DNA of 63,829 nucleotides, filler included, from Octopus bimaculoides (GCF_001194135.2; 7 parts of 6 records of this genome joined end to end with filler, not necessarily neighbours in it); one strand, 5' to 3'; counted from the first letter of the whole stretch, positions 12,043 to 25,586 are shown. Numbers and translations are program-made. Notes: generated from the letters alone by a model not told the origin.

Positions 12043-12439
12043 ACTATATATATATATATATNNNNNNNNNNNNNNNNNNNNNNNNNNNNNNNNNNNNNNN
12101 NNNNNNNNNNNNNNNNNNNNNNNNNNNNNNNNNNNNNNNNNNNNNNNNNNNNNNNNNNNNNNNNNNNNNNNNNNNNNNNNNNNNNNNNNNNNNNNNNNNN
12201 NNNNNNNNNNNNNNNNNNNNNNNNNNNNNNNNNNNNNNNNNNNNNNNNNNNNNNNNNNNNNNNNNNNNNNNNNNNNNNNNNNNNNNNNNNNNNNNNNNNN
12301 NNNNNNNNNNNNNNNNNNNNNNNNNNNNNNNNNNNNNNNNNNNNNNNNATATATATATATATATAAAACACATACGCACGCACCCACGCACACACATACA
12401 TATATACACTGACATTTGTATGTTTACGTATGTATATGT

Positions 12440-12650
12440 CTGACAGTGTTTCTGTCTGTCCATTACCATCACCACTTGACAAATGGTGTTGGTTTGTTTA
12501 CAACTTTGTAACATTAACGGCTGGACCGAAAGAAACCGATAGAATCAGTACCAGTCTTTAAAAATAGTGCTGTGGTCAATGAATTCGATTAAATTCTTCC
12601 AGGTGGTTCTCCAGCATGGCCACTGCCCAATGACTGAAACACGTAGAAAG
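12440..12650 (+). mobile_element. SINE family C, 3' half
   Basis: ..ACCGATAGAATCAGTACCAG..CTCCAGCATGGCCAC..ATGACTGAAAC. Confidence 0.8.
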
Positions 12651-13199
12651 TAAAATTAATAATTAAAAAAAACTCTAAGTAGTTGAGGTCTGAAAGAAAT
12701 AATTAGTTACAAGATATGCGTAAAAGGAGGTCAAAGAACAGCATGAAAAAGGAAAGAATGATAACAGCTGAAGATAATATAAGGCAAAAGTCGGAGTATT
12801 AAGGTTGTTAAGGTTTGAAATAATTACAGTGATAAGGCAAAATATACCGGAGCAATAACTGATAAAAAATAATTGAGACACAGTAAGGAAAAATTATGTG
12901 CATCTGGACTAGTAGTAGATATTTCCAATGAGAATGGTGCCACTTATTAAGCGTCAATGATTTGACGCTGACTTATATGACATCCGATGTCTTAATGTTT
13001 CTCTCATTTTGATATTTCTTTCGTTCTCTCCCTCCTCTTTCTAATTGTCGTTTTCTCTTTCTCCCTGTCTCTTCTTTCTCACTGTCTCCTTCTTCTCACT
13101 CACGACTCTCTCGCTCCCTCTCTCATTCTCTCTCTCTTAGTCTCTATCTATATGTGGATATTTTTGTGCGTGTAAGTGTGCTTTCTTTCAGTATGAAAA

Positions 13200-13625
13200 C
13201 AGGTTGAATGTCCAATGCCAAATCCACAATGTCCAAACAGCAACGCAAAATCGTTACGTTCCGGTTTCCTGTAGGCTTGTACGACCTGAATCAGAGTTTG
13301 TTGATGGATGAATCATTACCTTCAATGTAAAGTCGAAGATTTGTTGTAGTGGCAGGATTCAGGGACCCTGCGTTTACACGAAGAGATCATTTCCATGTAT
13401 TTATATAGTACATCGCCCTTTACAGATATATTTTCTGTCAAGCACAAATTGCATGGTCCCTTACTTCCAACATAGTACCTGACCTTAAAAACTACAGTCT
13501 GTCTGAGAATATAGTTAATAGTTTTCGCCTTTTGCTCCCAAAAGATTTCAAGAGATATACTTTTTATTACTCCAGTTTCTAAATGTGTGAGTATGATTGT
13601 TGTAGCGTAGTTTAAATGTGGAAAA
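13200..13625 (-). mobile_element. Penelope-like element 3' fragment (GIY-YIG C-terminus + 3' UTR)
   Basis: Minus strand reads KLRYNNHTHTFRN..IFWEQKAKTINY....VRYYVGSKGPCNLCLTEN..YMEMISSCK, matching the PLE CNLCLTEK..ELISKCRH terminus; decayed HHR-like motif at 13259-13296. Confidence 0.8.
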
Positions 13626-13916
13626 GGAATAACTAATGGTAATATTACATTGGTGGGCTATATAAGTATTTAGATGTTTAACGTCTGAAATGTATTTCCT
13701 AAGTTGCAGTTGCAATCGATAATCCTGTGTATGTTAGCAATTCAGCTTTTGTAAGGTGGTGGGCGGTAGGGTTTGAGAAAAGACAGGCGTGGGAGTCAAA
13801 TAATTTTATAGATAGTATATACACAACACTCGCAGGCACACATGCATATACACACGTACGCATGTTAGCACGCACACACAGCCACACACCAGTCTATCTA
13901 CCTATCTGTCTGTCTC

Positions 13917-13973
<57 letters not shown>

Positions 13974-14742
13974 NNNNNNNNNNNNNNNNNNNNNNNNNNN
14001 NNNNNNNNNNNNNNNNNNNNNNNNNNNNNNNNNNNNNNNNNNNNNNNNNNNNNNNNNNNNNNNNNNNNNNNNNNNNNNNNNNNNNNNNNNNNNNNNNNNN
14101 NNNNNNNNNNNNNNNNNNNNNNNNNNNNNNNNNNNNNNNNNNNNNNNNNNNNNNNNNNNNNNNNNNNNNNNNNNNNNNNNNNNNNNNNNNNNNNNNNNNN
14201 NNNNNNNNNNNNNNNNNNNNNNNNNNNNNNNNNNNNNNNNNNNNNNNNNNNNNNNNNNNNNNNNNNNNNNNNNNNNNNNNNNNNNNNNNNNNNNNNNNNN
14301 NNNNNNNNNNNNNNNNNNNNNNNNNNNNNNNNNNNNNNNNNNNNNNNNNNNNNNNNNNNNNNNNNNNNNNNNNNNNNNNNNNNNNNNNNNNNNNNNNNNN
14401 NNNNNNNNNNNNNNNNNNNNNNNNNNNNNNNNNNNNNNNNNNNNNNNNNNNNNNNNNNNNNNNNNNNNNNNNNNNNNNNNNNNNNNNNNNNNNNNNNNNN
14501 NNNNNNNNNNNNNNNNNNNNNNNNNNNNNNNNNNNNNNNNNNNNNNNNNNNNNNNNNNNNNNNNNNNNNNNNNNNNNNNNNNNNNNNNNNNNNNNNNNNN
14601 NNNNNNNNNNNNNNNNNNNNNNNNNNNNNNNNNNNNNNNNNNNNNNNNNNNNNNNNNNNNNNNNNNNNNNNNNNNNNNNNNNNNNNNNNNNNNNNNNNNN
14701 NNNNNNNNNNNNNNNNNNNNNNNNNNNNNNNNNNNNNNNNNN

Positions 14743-14780
<38 letters not shown>

Positions 14781-15727
14781 GTTCATATGTGTCTGTGTAT
14801 GTGTATTTGTGTGTGTGTGTGTGTGTGTGAGTGTTGTATATTAAGTATATACTGCATATATTTCTGTATGCATGTTTGTGAGAGTAAGAGAGAAAAAGAG
14901 CGATGCATATATATATTTTCAGTATGTAGGCCTCCTTCATTGCAAGCGAATGTAAATGTTCTTTTTTGCATCAAGTCATTTGCCTGTAAATTTAGCCATT
15001 AAAACCGTTTCCTAACACTTATCCAGTACCGCACCATATGCCGTCTTCGATTTACCATAATATTAATAAAAAAACACCATAAAATGTCATATACTAATTT
15101 AGTTACGACATCACAAATCTCGTCCGGATCGTAATGGCAAATGAGAATTAGACTTGTATTCAAATCTCGCGTTATTTACGAAACAACATTCCGCGAAAAA
15201 CAACCGAAGTATATCGATAACTGCTGAGCCGAGAAACGAAAGTAAGAGGGTGAATTTAAAAACAAAAAAACCAAAAGAATGTAATGTGAAAGGAAGTAAA
15301 ACAATAAAAAACACGCTTATGATGTCAATTGCTTCTTGAAACAGAAAATAATAATAGTAATACTTAGAAGAAGACGAAAAGGAAGATGAAGAAACAGAAG
15401 GAACGATGATAATAAAGGAGAAAATATAAAATGAAAAACAAAAAAGCGAGACAGGAACAAAAACTTGAACGTTAAAAACAGCAGAAGCGATAAGTGAATA
15501 TGGAGGAAAAGAAATTTCTAACCTATGTGTTTTTTATAGATTTTTTGTAAAAAGTTGGTGAATATATATTTCTTTTATATAAATATATGCATGCATATGT
15601 ATGTGTGTGTGTATATATGTATGTATGTGTGTATATATGTATATATGTATGTATGTATGAATGTATATTTGTATATATATAGACAGATATATAGATACAT
15701 ACATATATGTATGTACCCACATATATA

Positions 15728-15775
<48 letters not shown>

Positions 15776-15957
15776 NNNNNNNNNNNNNNNNNNNNNNNNN
15801 NNNNNNNNNNNNNNNNNNNTTAATTAATTAANNNNNNNNNNNNNNNNNNNNNNNNNNNNNNNNNNNNNNNNNNNNTATATATATATATACATACACATAC
15901 ATACAAGTATATACATATATATATATATATATATACACACATACATACATATATATA

Positions 15958-16236
15958 CATGCAAGTGTGGCTGTGTGGTAAGAAGTTTGCTTCGCAACCT
16001 CATGGTTTGGGGTTTAGTCCTACAGTGTGGCACCTTAGGCAACTGTCTTCTACTATAGCCTCGGGCCGACCAAAGCCTTGTGAGTGGATTCGATGTTGGT
16101 GTGTTTACGTCCTTAGCGGTTCGGCAAAAAAAGGACCGATAGAATAAGTACTAGGATTACAAAGAACAAATCCTGGGGTCGATTTGTTCAAGTAAAGGCG
16201 GTGCTCCAGTATGGCCGCATTCAAATGACTGAAACA
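15958..16236 (+). mobile_element. SINE family C with internal deletion
   Basis: Head GTGGCTGTGTGGTAAGAAGTTTGCTT joined directly to the CGATGTTGGTGTGTTTACGTC tail; central microsatellite block absent. Confidence 0.9.
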
Positions 16237-16838
16237 AATAGAAGAATATATTTGCATACCTACATACACATATACACGCATACATGCACACACATATGTA
16301 TGCATGCATGCACAAATGCATATATAGATCCTATGATACTTTATTTTTCTTTGATATTCTGTCCCATTTTCATGAATTTTTGGTTTTCTGATTTGTAAAC
16401 CCTCAGTTGTCTATTATATTTTATGATAATGCAGTCAAGATCTATTCCAAATAGAAAGCTTTTCTCGCTCTGTTATACAACGCAATAACGCAGTACTGGT
16501 GTTTCGATTTGAACCTTCGATCATTTACTTTGAAGTAGCTACATTCTTATTTCATACCAAGTGCTAAAAGGTATACAGCTCATATGAATATTCAGTACAT
16601 TTATTATTTTACGTTTTTTGGGGGGTTGTAAGCTGCTAAAATATTTGTGGTAAAGAAATCTTTATCTGTTCAATCAGATACAAATATATATANNNNNNNN
16701 NNNNNNNNNNNNNNNNNNNNNNNNNNNNNNNNNNNNNNNNNNNNNNNNNNNNNNNNNNNNNNNNNNNNNNNNNNNNNNNNNNNNNNNNNNNNNNNNNNNN
16801 NNNNNNNNNNNNNNNNNNNNNNNNNNNNNNNNNNNNNN

Positions 16839-16898
<60 letters not shown>

Positions 16899-17614
16899 TG
16901 CATGTATGTATGTATGTATATATATATGTATATATATATTTATATAAACGTATGAATGTATATATGTATATATTGGGAGCGCGCGCGTGTTTGTAAGAAG
17001 AGAAAGTGAATATAATGAGAGAATTCGAGAATTATTTCTCCATGAAAGAAAATGCTAACAGAATGGCGGTTCTATTTGAGGATAATCCTGTCAAGTCACT
17101 GCAGCTAATGCAATACATTTTGGAATAGCTTTGTTTCCAACAGACGTTTCTGGCTGAGACAAACGTTCTTAGATATATCTAATCACATTCATGTAGCAAC
17201 ACAAGCAGATAAAATAAATGTAATATTTGTATAGAATATCTTGAACTGCCTTGGAAGCTTTCTGCCTGAGGATGACGCTATAAAACATAAATATATGGCT
17301 TGAAAATAGATAAAATATACGCCAATGTAATTTACAGTAAGTGTCTTACCAAATATAGTTGTCCAACCTTGTTAATTTTGCTAGTACCACAGCAAAATCC
17401 GTCTAGAATTCTAATATCAACTGTTGGAATAGACTCCAGGATCTGAACATACGTCTACATCCTGAGAAGGTGTTTTAGCTGCATTAAATGTAAGGAGATG
17501 CCATGAAAGTTTATCAAAAGTTGTAGAGCCTAAGGTGTGTAATGGAATATTTGTCTCTCTATAACAAAAATTCTCACTTCATAAAATATTTCATTTCTAG
17601 ACTTTAGATTACAT

Positions 17615-17797
17615 CGTCTTTAACTTGTTTCAGTTATTAGACTGCGTCCATTCTGGTGCACCACTTATTTGTTTTAACGCCTGGTACTTATTCTATCAGT
17701 CTTTTGCCGAACCGCTAAGTCACGGGAGATAAATTCAGCAACGCCGGTGGTAAGGAACAAATGCAGACATAAACGCGCGCGCGCGCACACGCACACA

Positions 17798-17834
<37 letters not shown>

Positions 17835-18250
17835 NNNNNNNNNNNNNNNNNNNNNNNNNNNNNNNNNNNNNNNNNNNNNNNNNNNNNNNNNNNNNNNNNN
17901 NNNNNNNNNNNNNNNNNNNNNNNNNNNNNNNNNNNNNNNNNNNNNNNNNNNNNNNNNNNNNNNNNNNNNNNNNNNNNNNNNNNNNNNNNNNNNNNNNNNN
18001 NNNNNNNNNNNNNNNNNNNNNNNNNNNNNNNNNNNNNNNNNNNNNNNNNNNNNNNNNNNNNNNNNNNNNNNNNNNNNNNNNNNNNNNNNNNNNNNNNNNN
18101 NNNNNNNNNNNNNNNNNNNNATATATATATATATATATATATATACGACAGGCTTCTTTCAATTTCTGCTTATCAAGTCTACTCACAAGGATTTGTTCGG
18201 CCCTAGGTTATAGTAGTAGACACAGTGGGACCGAACTCGGAATCATGTGG
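17615..18250 (-). mobile_element. SINE family C; internal microsatellite lost in N gap
   Basis: Tail at 17670-17760 and head at 18145-18250 flank the gap. Confidence 0.8.
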
Positions 18251-19293
18251 CAAACTCCAGAATGAAATGGTGCTATAAATATTGATACGTTCGTAATAAG
18301 TAAGCAAAAATATAACAATTAAATATAATTAATATATGCATCTTATATATTCTTCAACTTCAGATTCGTACTTATAATCCCGCCCAATATAATGAACAAT
18401 GTTTTATCTCCCTTGTACTAACTACCCGCTAGATAACTCCACGTACTAGGATAACATCCCCTCTGAATTATTGATTTTTCTAAAATTATGCCATGATTCT
18501 ACACCTCTTCTCATTCTCCTTGGCTCTTATTGTGTGTTGCCACAACATGAAAAAAGATTATACTTGTTAAACATCACTTTAAGAACATCTTCCACTCTCT
18601 GACTTCATATATTTATTCAACATGAACATTACAAAAACCCACTTTATCACTCCTGGTTCATCCATCATCATTCATAGTTCTAATGACAATACATCCCTTC
18701 CTTTCTATTCAACAAATACACACAAAATTAATGACTCTTATTTCCCCTGATAATCAGTAATTCGATTTTCTTTTCCTTTTTTTTTTCAATTTCTTCTCAC
18801 AGTAATGCGTCTGCTCATAACCATATCTTCAGTTAATGATAAAGAAAGACATTGTTTAGTGCATTTTTAAGGATGGAGAGAAATTATTGAAGACAATATA
18901 TTCCAATTTCCATTTTAACTCTAAGCCATTCAACAGACATTTTCTTTAAAAAATAAAAAATCAAATGAAACAAAACTTCTCATATTTCTTCATAAAAAAC
19001 AAACCATTTCTTGCAGCAATGATGGATGTTATCATAAATCTTTTGCCAGTAGATTCAGAAATTCTGAAAAACGTGATAGTCCTTTGACTACTCGTAATAT
19101 AAACGAAACAGTTTTTGTCAAAGTAAATTATACATTAAGCTATTATTACTTAAAGAACCATGTTCATATGTTTATACATAATTTGATTATGAACAAGGAC
19201 AAGACATAACGAGAAGATGAAAATAATGGAGCGCGTTCGCTATTATTCTTTCTCCTTTTGTATTATATGTTTTTTCTATATCTATATTCAGAT

Positions 19294-19708
19294 CAGTGGA
19301 GGCGCAATGGCCAAGTGGTTAGGGCAGTGGAGGCGCAATGGCCCAGTGGTTAGGGAAGTGGACTCGTGGTCATAGGATCGCAGTTTCGATTCCCAAACCG
19401 GGCATTGTGAGTGTTTATTGAGCGAAAACACCTAAAGCTCCACGAGGCTCCGGCAGGGGATGGTGGCGAACCCTGCTGAACTCTTTCACACAACTTTCCC
19501 TCACTCCTCCTTCCTGTTTCTGTTGTACCTGTATTTCAAAGGGTCAGCTTTGTCACACTGTGTCACGCTGAATATCCCCGAGAACTACGTTAAGGGTACA
19601 CGTGTCTGTGGAGTGCTCAGCCACTTGCACGTTAATTTCACGAGCAGGCTGTTCCGTTGATCGGATCAACAGGAACCCTCGACGTCGTAAGCGACGGAGT
19701 GCCAACAA
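19294..19708 (+). mobile_element. SINE family B, full length, with 31-bp duplicated head
   Basis: A-box GGCCCAGTGGTTAG duplicated (19294-19324, 19325-19355); B-box GTTTCGATTCCC; tail GGAACCCTCGACGTCGTAAGCGACGGAGTGCCAACAAC. Confidence 0.93.
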
Positions 19709-21110
19709 CAAGAACATATTCAGATCAAATAAAGGAAAGATTCTTTTTATCAAATTATCTGAAGGAAATAAATTTATAACTGTTTTCTACCCCGCCAGAA
19801 AATTGTTTCGGACATGACGATATCACCTATAAATTCATGTTTCGCAGATATTATATCCAATATCAATTACCAAGAATTGCCTTTAATTAAGGGGCTATCG
19901 CATGAAACCTTAAAATCAATTCTAGATACAGACATAGAGTATGAATTTATGAATTTGTGTGAATGATATAGAGAGTTACCTTGATCCTAGAATGCTTACA
20001 ACACCAAGTTTTCGGACACTAATAGTTCAGAAACTTATAACTAGCACTGATTTACTGGCAGGAACTTCAAATTCCCCTGACCGGCAGGTCAGTGGCCTGA
20101 TACCAAGCACAACACAGACTAGTATCTTGCACAGGATAGAAGTAATAAACTTGTATCATTTATACAGGTATCTGTATTTCATTTCATTGTTTAAGTATAT
20201 TTAATATTTAGTAAATTTAACCCAGGTGTCCACCGCTGGTTCGGAAAACTCAGTAATCCGGAAACGCTTTTGACACAAAGGTTACATCAAATTCATGATG
20301 TACCTATACTTGTTTGGTACAATTTCACCGACATGTAGATTTCGGTAAGATTTGAACACAGAAATACAAAGAATTGTATCTACCTAGGTAAAGACTGTAA
20401 ATCGTTTCATATAATGCTTATACACTTTTAACACCTTCACCAATCTACCATCGCTGATGTCCTCTATAATGTCAGTTATTGATAAATTTATGATTAATTG
20501 AATACTTTGGTCATGGCTTCTATTATCATATACTTCACACAAGGACTCACATATCCAGCGTTGTGGATTAACATCCTGTTTAGTGGAATGCAGTTCGTGA
20601 TACGTGATTACACTTTCAAGTAGATAATTCGTGTTTGCGCACCAGACGATTATTAACTTTAATATGGTGTTATAACAGTCGCAATAATAAAGATAATTTT
20701 ATCAAATGAATGATCTACAGTTGGTCTTTTTATTCAGCAACAATATATAATCAAAATGCAATACTCAAGTAGATATGACAGTCAGACGTATATGTGAGCG
20801 TTTGCGAGAGAAGGGAAGACAGTGAAATAAAAAGAGAGAGTGGGGAGTAGTATTTTCCTTTACAGATTAATTTAATTCCAGTATAGTGAATGCGTCTAAC
20901 TTCATTGACGTGTAACAAGTGTAACAGCTCCATTTATTCAGAAGAAAGAGTTCCATACACAGAAACATGTTCATTTACATAATTGGAAATTATGCAGATG
21001 AAACACATCTTTGCGCCCACAGTCATGAAGGCATGAAGGCATGAAGGAACAATACATACACGAATACACATGCATGAGTGTATGTTTGGGCGTGTCTATG
21101 TGTGCGTGTT

Positions 21111-21199
<89 letters not shown>

Positions 21200-22138
21200 C
21201 TATATATTTGTATCTATGTGTGCGTATATACGTATCTTTATCTATCCATATCTCTCTNNNNNNNNNNNNNNNNNNNNNNNNNNNNNNNNNNNNNNNNNNN
21301 NNNNNNNNNNNNNNNNNNNNNNNNNNNNNNNNNNNNNATATATATATATATATAATGAATTTTTCCTGCTGATTTTAACCTATGTTAGACAGTCTATGGA
21401 GGTGATTTGCTTTCAGTGGCTCGGTATGGCCAGCCACATTTTTCGGAAATGCTGACAATAGAAAATTTGTGTGAATGTTTGCCATAAATTCAATGAAAAA
21501 CTCACCTCAGACATTTCTGTTAAAGATATATATTTCCTGTATTAGTTACCTTCGACACAGCTTAGGAATTTAACCCGGCCTGATTGGTTAAATGAGTGCC
21601 TGAGTATCAAAACAAAGCCTAGTAACTGCTAGCGCATACATACATGTTTACATACAAACAGGCATACATACATATAGGCAGATATACATCCACACACACA
21701 AAAACACAAACCCACACACACGTATATATTTATATACATACATACACACACTTGCATGATTGACATAGATGTCTGCTCAAAATTCGTTACAGAGCTCCAT
21801 CGGGAAATCCATGTGCATCCGACCGTGAGGAGAGAGCTAGCGAGTTGCAGTAGATGTGAGTCAGGCTTCGTGAAGCGGCTATAATGTGCTGCCGTTACAC
21901 TATATGCAACCGACTCTACAACGTAAACAGTGCAGCAATGATTGCAAAACTCTGCTTTATGACTGCACATGCTTTGGGAAGTCAGGCCAAGAATGTACAC
22001 AAACCACAGAAGGTGACGTTCACACGGGAAGTCTGAAACAGCATGGTCGCATGGATCATATCTGACCTGCTTTCAAAATGCTGTAGTGAGTACATTTATC
22101 TTAACAAGTCAAGGGTGGACTACCAATATATAAATATA

Positions 22139-22352
22139 TATTCGGGGCGGTGGCTGAAAAGTTCCTAGCTTTGGGTGAAAGACAAAAACAGGAAGGTTAG
22201 TTAATTATGAGTTTATTCAACATATTCCCCTCTCAGATTCACACACTTATTGCAGCGATCCTTCAGTTTTCCTAAGCCCCATAAAAGAACGCGGAAAGTT
22301 GCATCTTACCCAGGCCTTTTACGATACCCTTAAATCGAGAAACCTTTCACTA
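22139..22352. mobile_element. Mariner-type MITE (degenerate TIRs)
   Basis: 5' TIR-like CGGGGCGGTGGCTGAAAAGTTCCTAGCTTT; related TIR fragment TACGAGGGATTGCTGAAAAGTTTC at 53161. Confidence 0.65.
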
Positions 22353-22394
22353 CAAACTCTTTATATGTGTGTGCGTGTGTGTGTATATCGTTGA

Positions 22395-22590
22395 ATTTAC
22401 AAAAAAAAACCCAAAACAAAGCAAAAGTCAAAGACAGATGTGTAAATAACAAACAGTTGCATTAGTTTAATGCTCGGGGAGGGAGAAAATCTTTTACGTT
22501 TCGAGCCTACGCTCTTCAACAGAAAGGAACGCAGAAATAAACAGAGAGAGAAAATAAAATAAAAAGGTTTAGTGGTTCGCGATTTATCCC
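22395..22590 (-). mobile_element. Non-autonomous HHR-bearing repeat (PLE-associated type); second copy at 41295-41495
   Basis: Shared sequence with 41295-41495 around the HHR; no ORF. Confidence 0.7.
22491..22526 (-). ncRNA. Minimal type I hammerhead ribozyme motif, A6U core variant
   Basis: CTTT-CTGTTGA-A-GAGC-gtag-GCTC-GAAA-CG-T-A-AAAG: stem I 4 bp, stem II 4 bp, palindromic ACGT stem III, GUA triplet. Confidence 0.75.
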
Positions 22591-22888
22591 CTTTCATTTG
22601 ACAATCTAAATGTGTGCTAGCCGCCCCCTCCTTCCTTCTCATTGCTATTACTTCTTCCCCACCAGTCATTCTCTTACTAACAGCTCTGAGACATATCCTT
22701 TTATGTAGATAAAGCGAGATTTATGGTCCCAGTAAAATAATGGTTGGGAAGAGAATCTGATACTAATTAATTTCTCACCATCAACTGGAACTTAACTGTC
22801 AACATCCAATTGATTTAATTCTAAAGGGCTCTATACTACATGCTGCATATAATCTTATAAATAAAAATATATATACAATATGTGTGTG

Positions 22889-23001
<113 letters not shown>

Positions 23002-25280
23002 GTATGTAACTATGTATAGTCTGTCTAAGTGATGCGATACAGGGTTAGAAGTCCCCAGAGAAGCCACGCGCACACAGGGTAGTTGTTAACTAAACATTAT
23101 ACGGTATCTACAGATGATGAGAACATGGAATATAATGCGCAGGGATTTTGAAAACAAATGTAAGTCAGAAGGCGGTCTGAATAAAAATGTTCTCACTTGA
23201 AAGTTGAACGTAATCGGAAAATTTAATTATTTACTTGCTTCCTAACAAAAAATACGAGAGATATTGAAATCAAGATGGTTTCCCACTCAAATTCAAATAT
23301 AATAAATATAATATACAGTTTAGGAAATTTCCAAGCGAGGATTCTTATGTAATATTTCTTCCGCAATATAGTTCTCAATTGAATTTCTTCATATTTCTTG
23401 TTTCCTTTGAATGGACAAAAGAATGAATTGTAATGTTAGAACAATAGATGAAAGAGAATGTCAGTACGACAAAATGAAACTAGATATACGAGATCCTTAT
23501 CATTATCATTTACGCTCAAATTTTATTGTCTTCGCCTTTGTAAAAGATTCAAATATTCTGTCCATGTCTCCCTCTCGCTCATACTATATATATGTATGTG
23601 TGCATGTGTGTATAAACATATATATACGTATGTAAATATGTACATATGTGTACATATGTATATATATGCATATCTATATATATATTTATGTATGCATGTA
23701 TACATGTTTATATATATGTTTATACATATATATACATATATATATANNNNNNNNNNNNNNNNNNNNNNNNNNNNNNNNNNNNNNNNNNNNNNNNNNNNNN
23801 NNNNNNNNNNNNNNNNNNNNNNNNNNNNNNNNNNNNNNNNNNNNNNNNNNNNNNNNNNNNNNNNNNNNNNNNNNNNNNNNNNNNNNNNNNNNNNNNNNNN
23901 NNNNNNNNNNNNNNNNNNNNNNNNNNNNNNNNNNNNNNNNNNNNNNNNNNNNNNNNNNNNNNNNNNNNNNNNNNNNNNNNNNNNNNNNNNNNNNNNNNNN
24001 NNNNNNNNNNNNNNNNNNNNNNNNNNNNNNNNNNNNNNNNNNNNNNNNNNNNNNNNNNNNNNNNNNNNNNNNNNNNNNNNNNNNNNNNNNNNNNNNNNNN
24101 NNNNNNNNNNNNNNNNNNNNNNNNNNNNNNNNNNNNNNNNNNNNNNNNNNNNNNNNNNNNNNNNNNNNNNNNNNNNNNNNNNNNNNNNNNNNNNNNNNNN
24201 NNNNNNNNNNNNNNNNNNNNNNNNNNNNNNNNNNNNNNNNNNNNNNNNNNNNNNNNNNNNNNNNNNNNNNNNNNNNNNNNNNNNNNNNNNNNNNNNNNNN
24301 NNNNNNNNNNNNNATATATATATATATATATATATAAATACATATATATTTTTACATAAACACACTTTTGTATAATCAGAGAGACGGGGAAGGAGAGAAG
24401 CAAATATAATACACATTCTGTATGTGTGCATTTGTTTGATGCAAAGTATGATGTATATTAAAGGGAACAGTATACTTTGTTTATACATTTATTATATATT
24501 TCATTCAGTTATCGTAATTCATTAACATAATTAATGCCCACATTGTTATAACGTGTATCAGGACTTTGATGATAACATCTTAAGGTTTTACTAGCTTTCC
24601 TGGCAAATTTGAATAAGTTTATCTAAATAATATCTATATTTGTCGTGATGCCTGTTTCTTAGGGATATTTTACTCTTTTATGTTACTTCAGTTTCTGTCC
24701 TTCCTTTTTAGTGTTACTTCGCACAGACAGTTTTAGACGGCAGGGATACAAGATTTCACAGGCACAGGGAGGAATATCGATGTTGCACGCACAACGGCCA
24801 GCCAAGAAAGAAAGATCGGGCTTGGTCAAACGCCGGTCACGTGGGAAGAGAAGAGTGAGAGGTAGAGGTAGAGGGACAAAAGAATTAAGGAGGGGCGAGA
24901 AAAAAATGACAGGGACACAGTGAAGTGAAAAGTGGAAAGAAAGTGAGCAAAAACTGAAGGCAAGTAAATGTGAGCAGGGGGGGGGGCGAAAGAACGAAGA
25001 GTGGAATGAACGAATAAGAGTGAAAGGGCTGATATATGCATGCATATCTTTTTTTTATATAAAGATATTTTCAATGTTCTTTTATATTAGTTTACCCGAT
25101 ACAAAATAATACTTATTTTATTTTGGACTTTTAATCATGTAATATTCAACAAATAGGTTTAGATTTTACTTCCGTTTGTANNNNNNNNNNNNNNNNNNNN
25201 NNNNNNNNNNNNNNNNNNNNNNNNNNNNNNNNNNNNNNNNNNNNNNNNNNNNNNNNNNNNNNNNNNNNNNNNNNNNNNNN

Positions 25281-25586
25281 TGAGTGTTTATTGAGCGAAA
25301 ACACCTAAATGCTCCATGAGGCTCCGGCAGGGGATGGTGGCGAACACTGCTGTACTCTTTCGCCACAACTTTCTCTCACTCTTTCTTCCTGTTTCTGTTG
25401 TACCTGTAATTCAAAGGGGTCAGACTTGTCACACTGTGACACGCTGAATATCCCCGAGAACTACATTAAGGGTACACGTGTCTGTGGAGTGCTCAGCCAC
25501 TTGCACGTTAATTTCACGAGCAGGCAGTTCCGTTGATCGGATCAACTGGAACCCTCGACGTCGTAAGCGGCGGAGTGCCAACAACA
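25281..25586 (+). mobile_element. SINE family B (head lost in gap)
   Basis: Near-identical to 19405-19708. Confidence 0.92.

Noticed and set aside
17040-17600. Coding-like composition
   Set aside because: All frames interrupted and no recognisable motif
19294-19400. tRNA-like A/B boxes (also in other SINE heads)
   Set aside because: SINE heads without a complete cloverleaf; not tRNA genes
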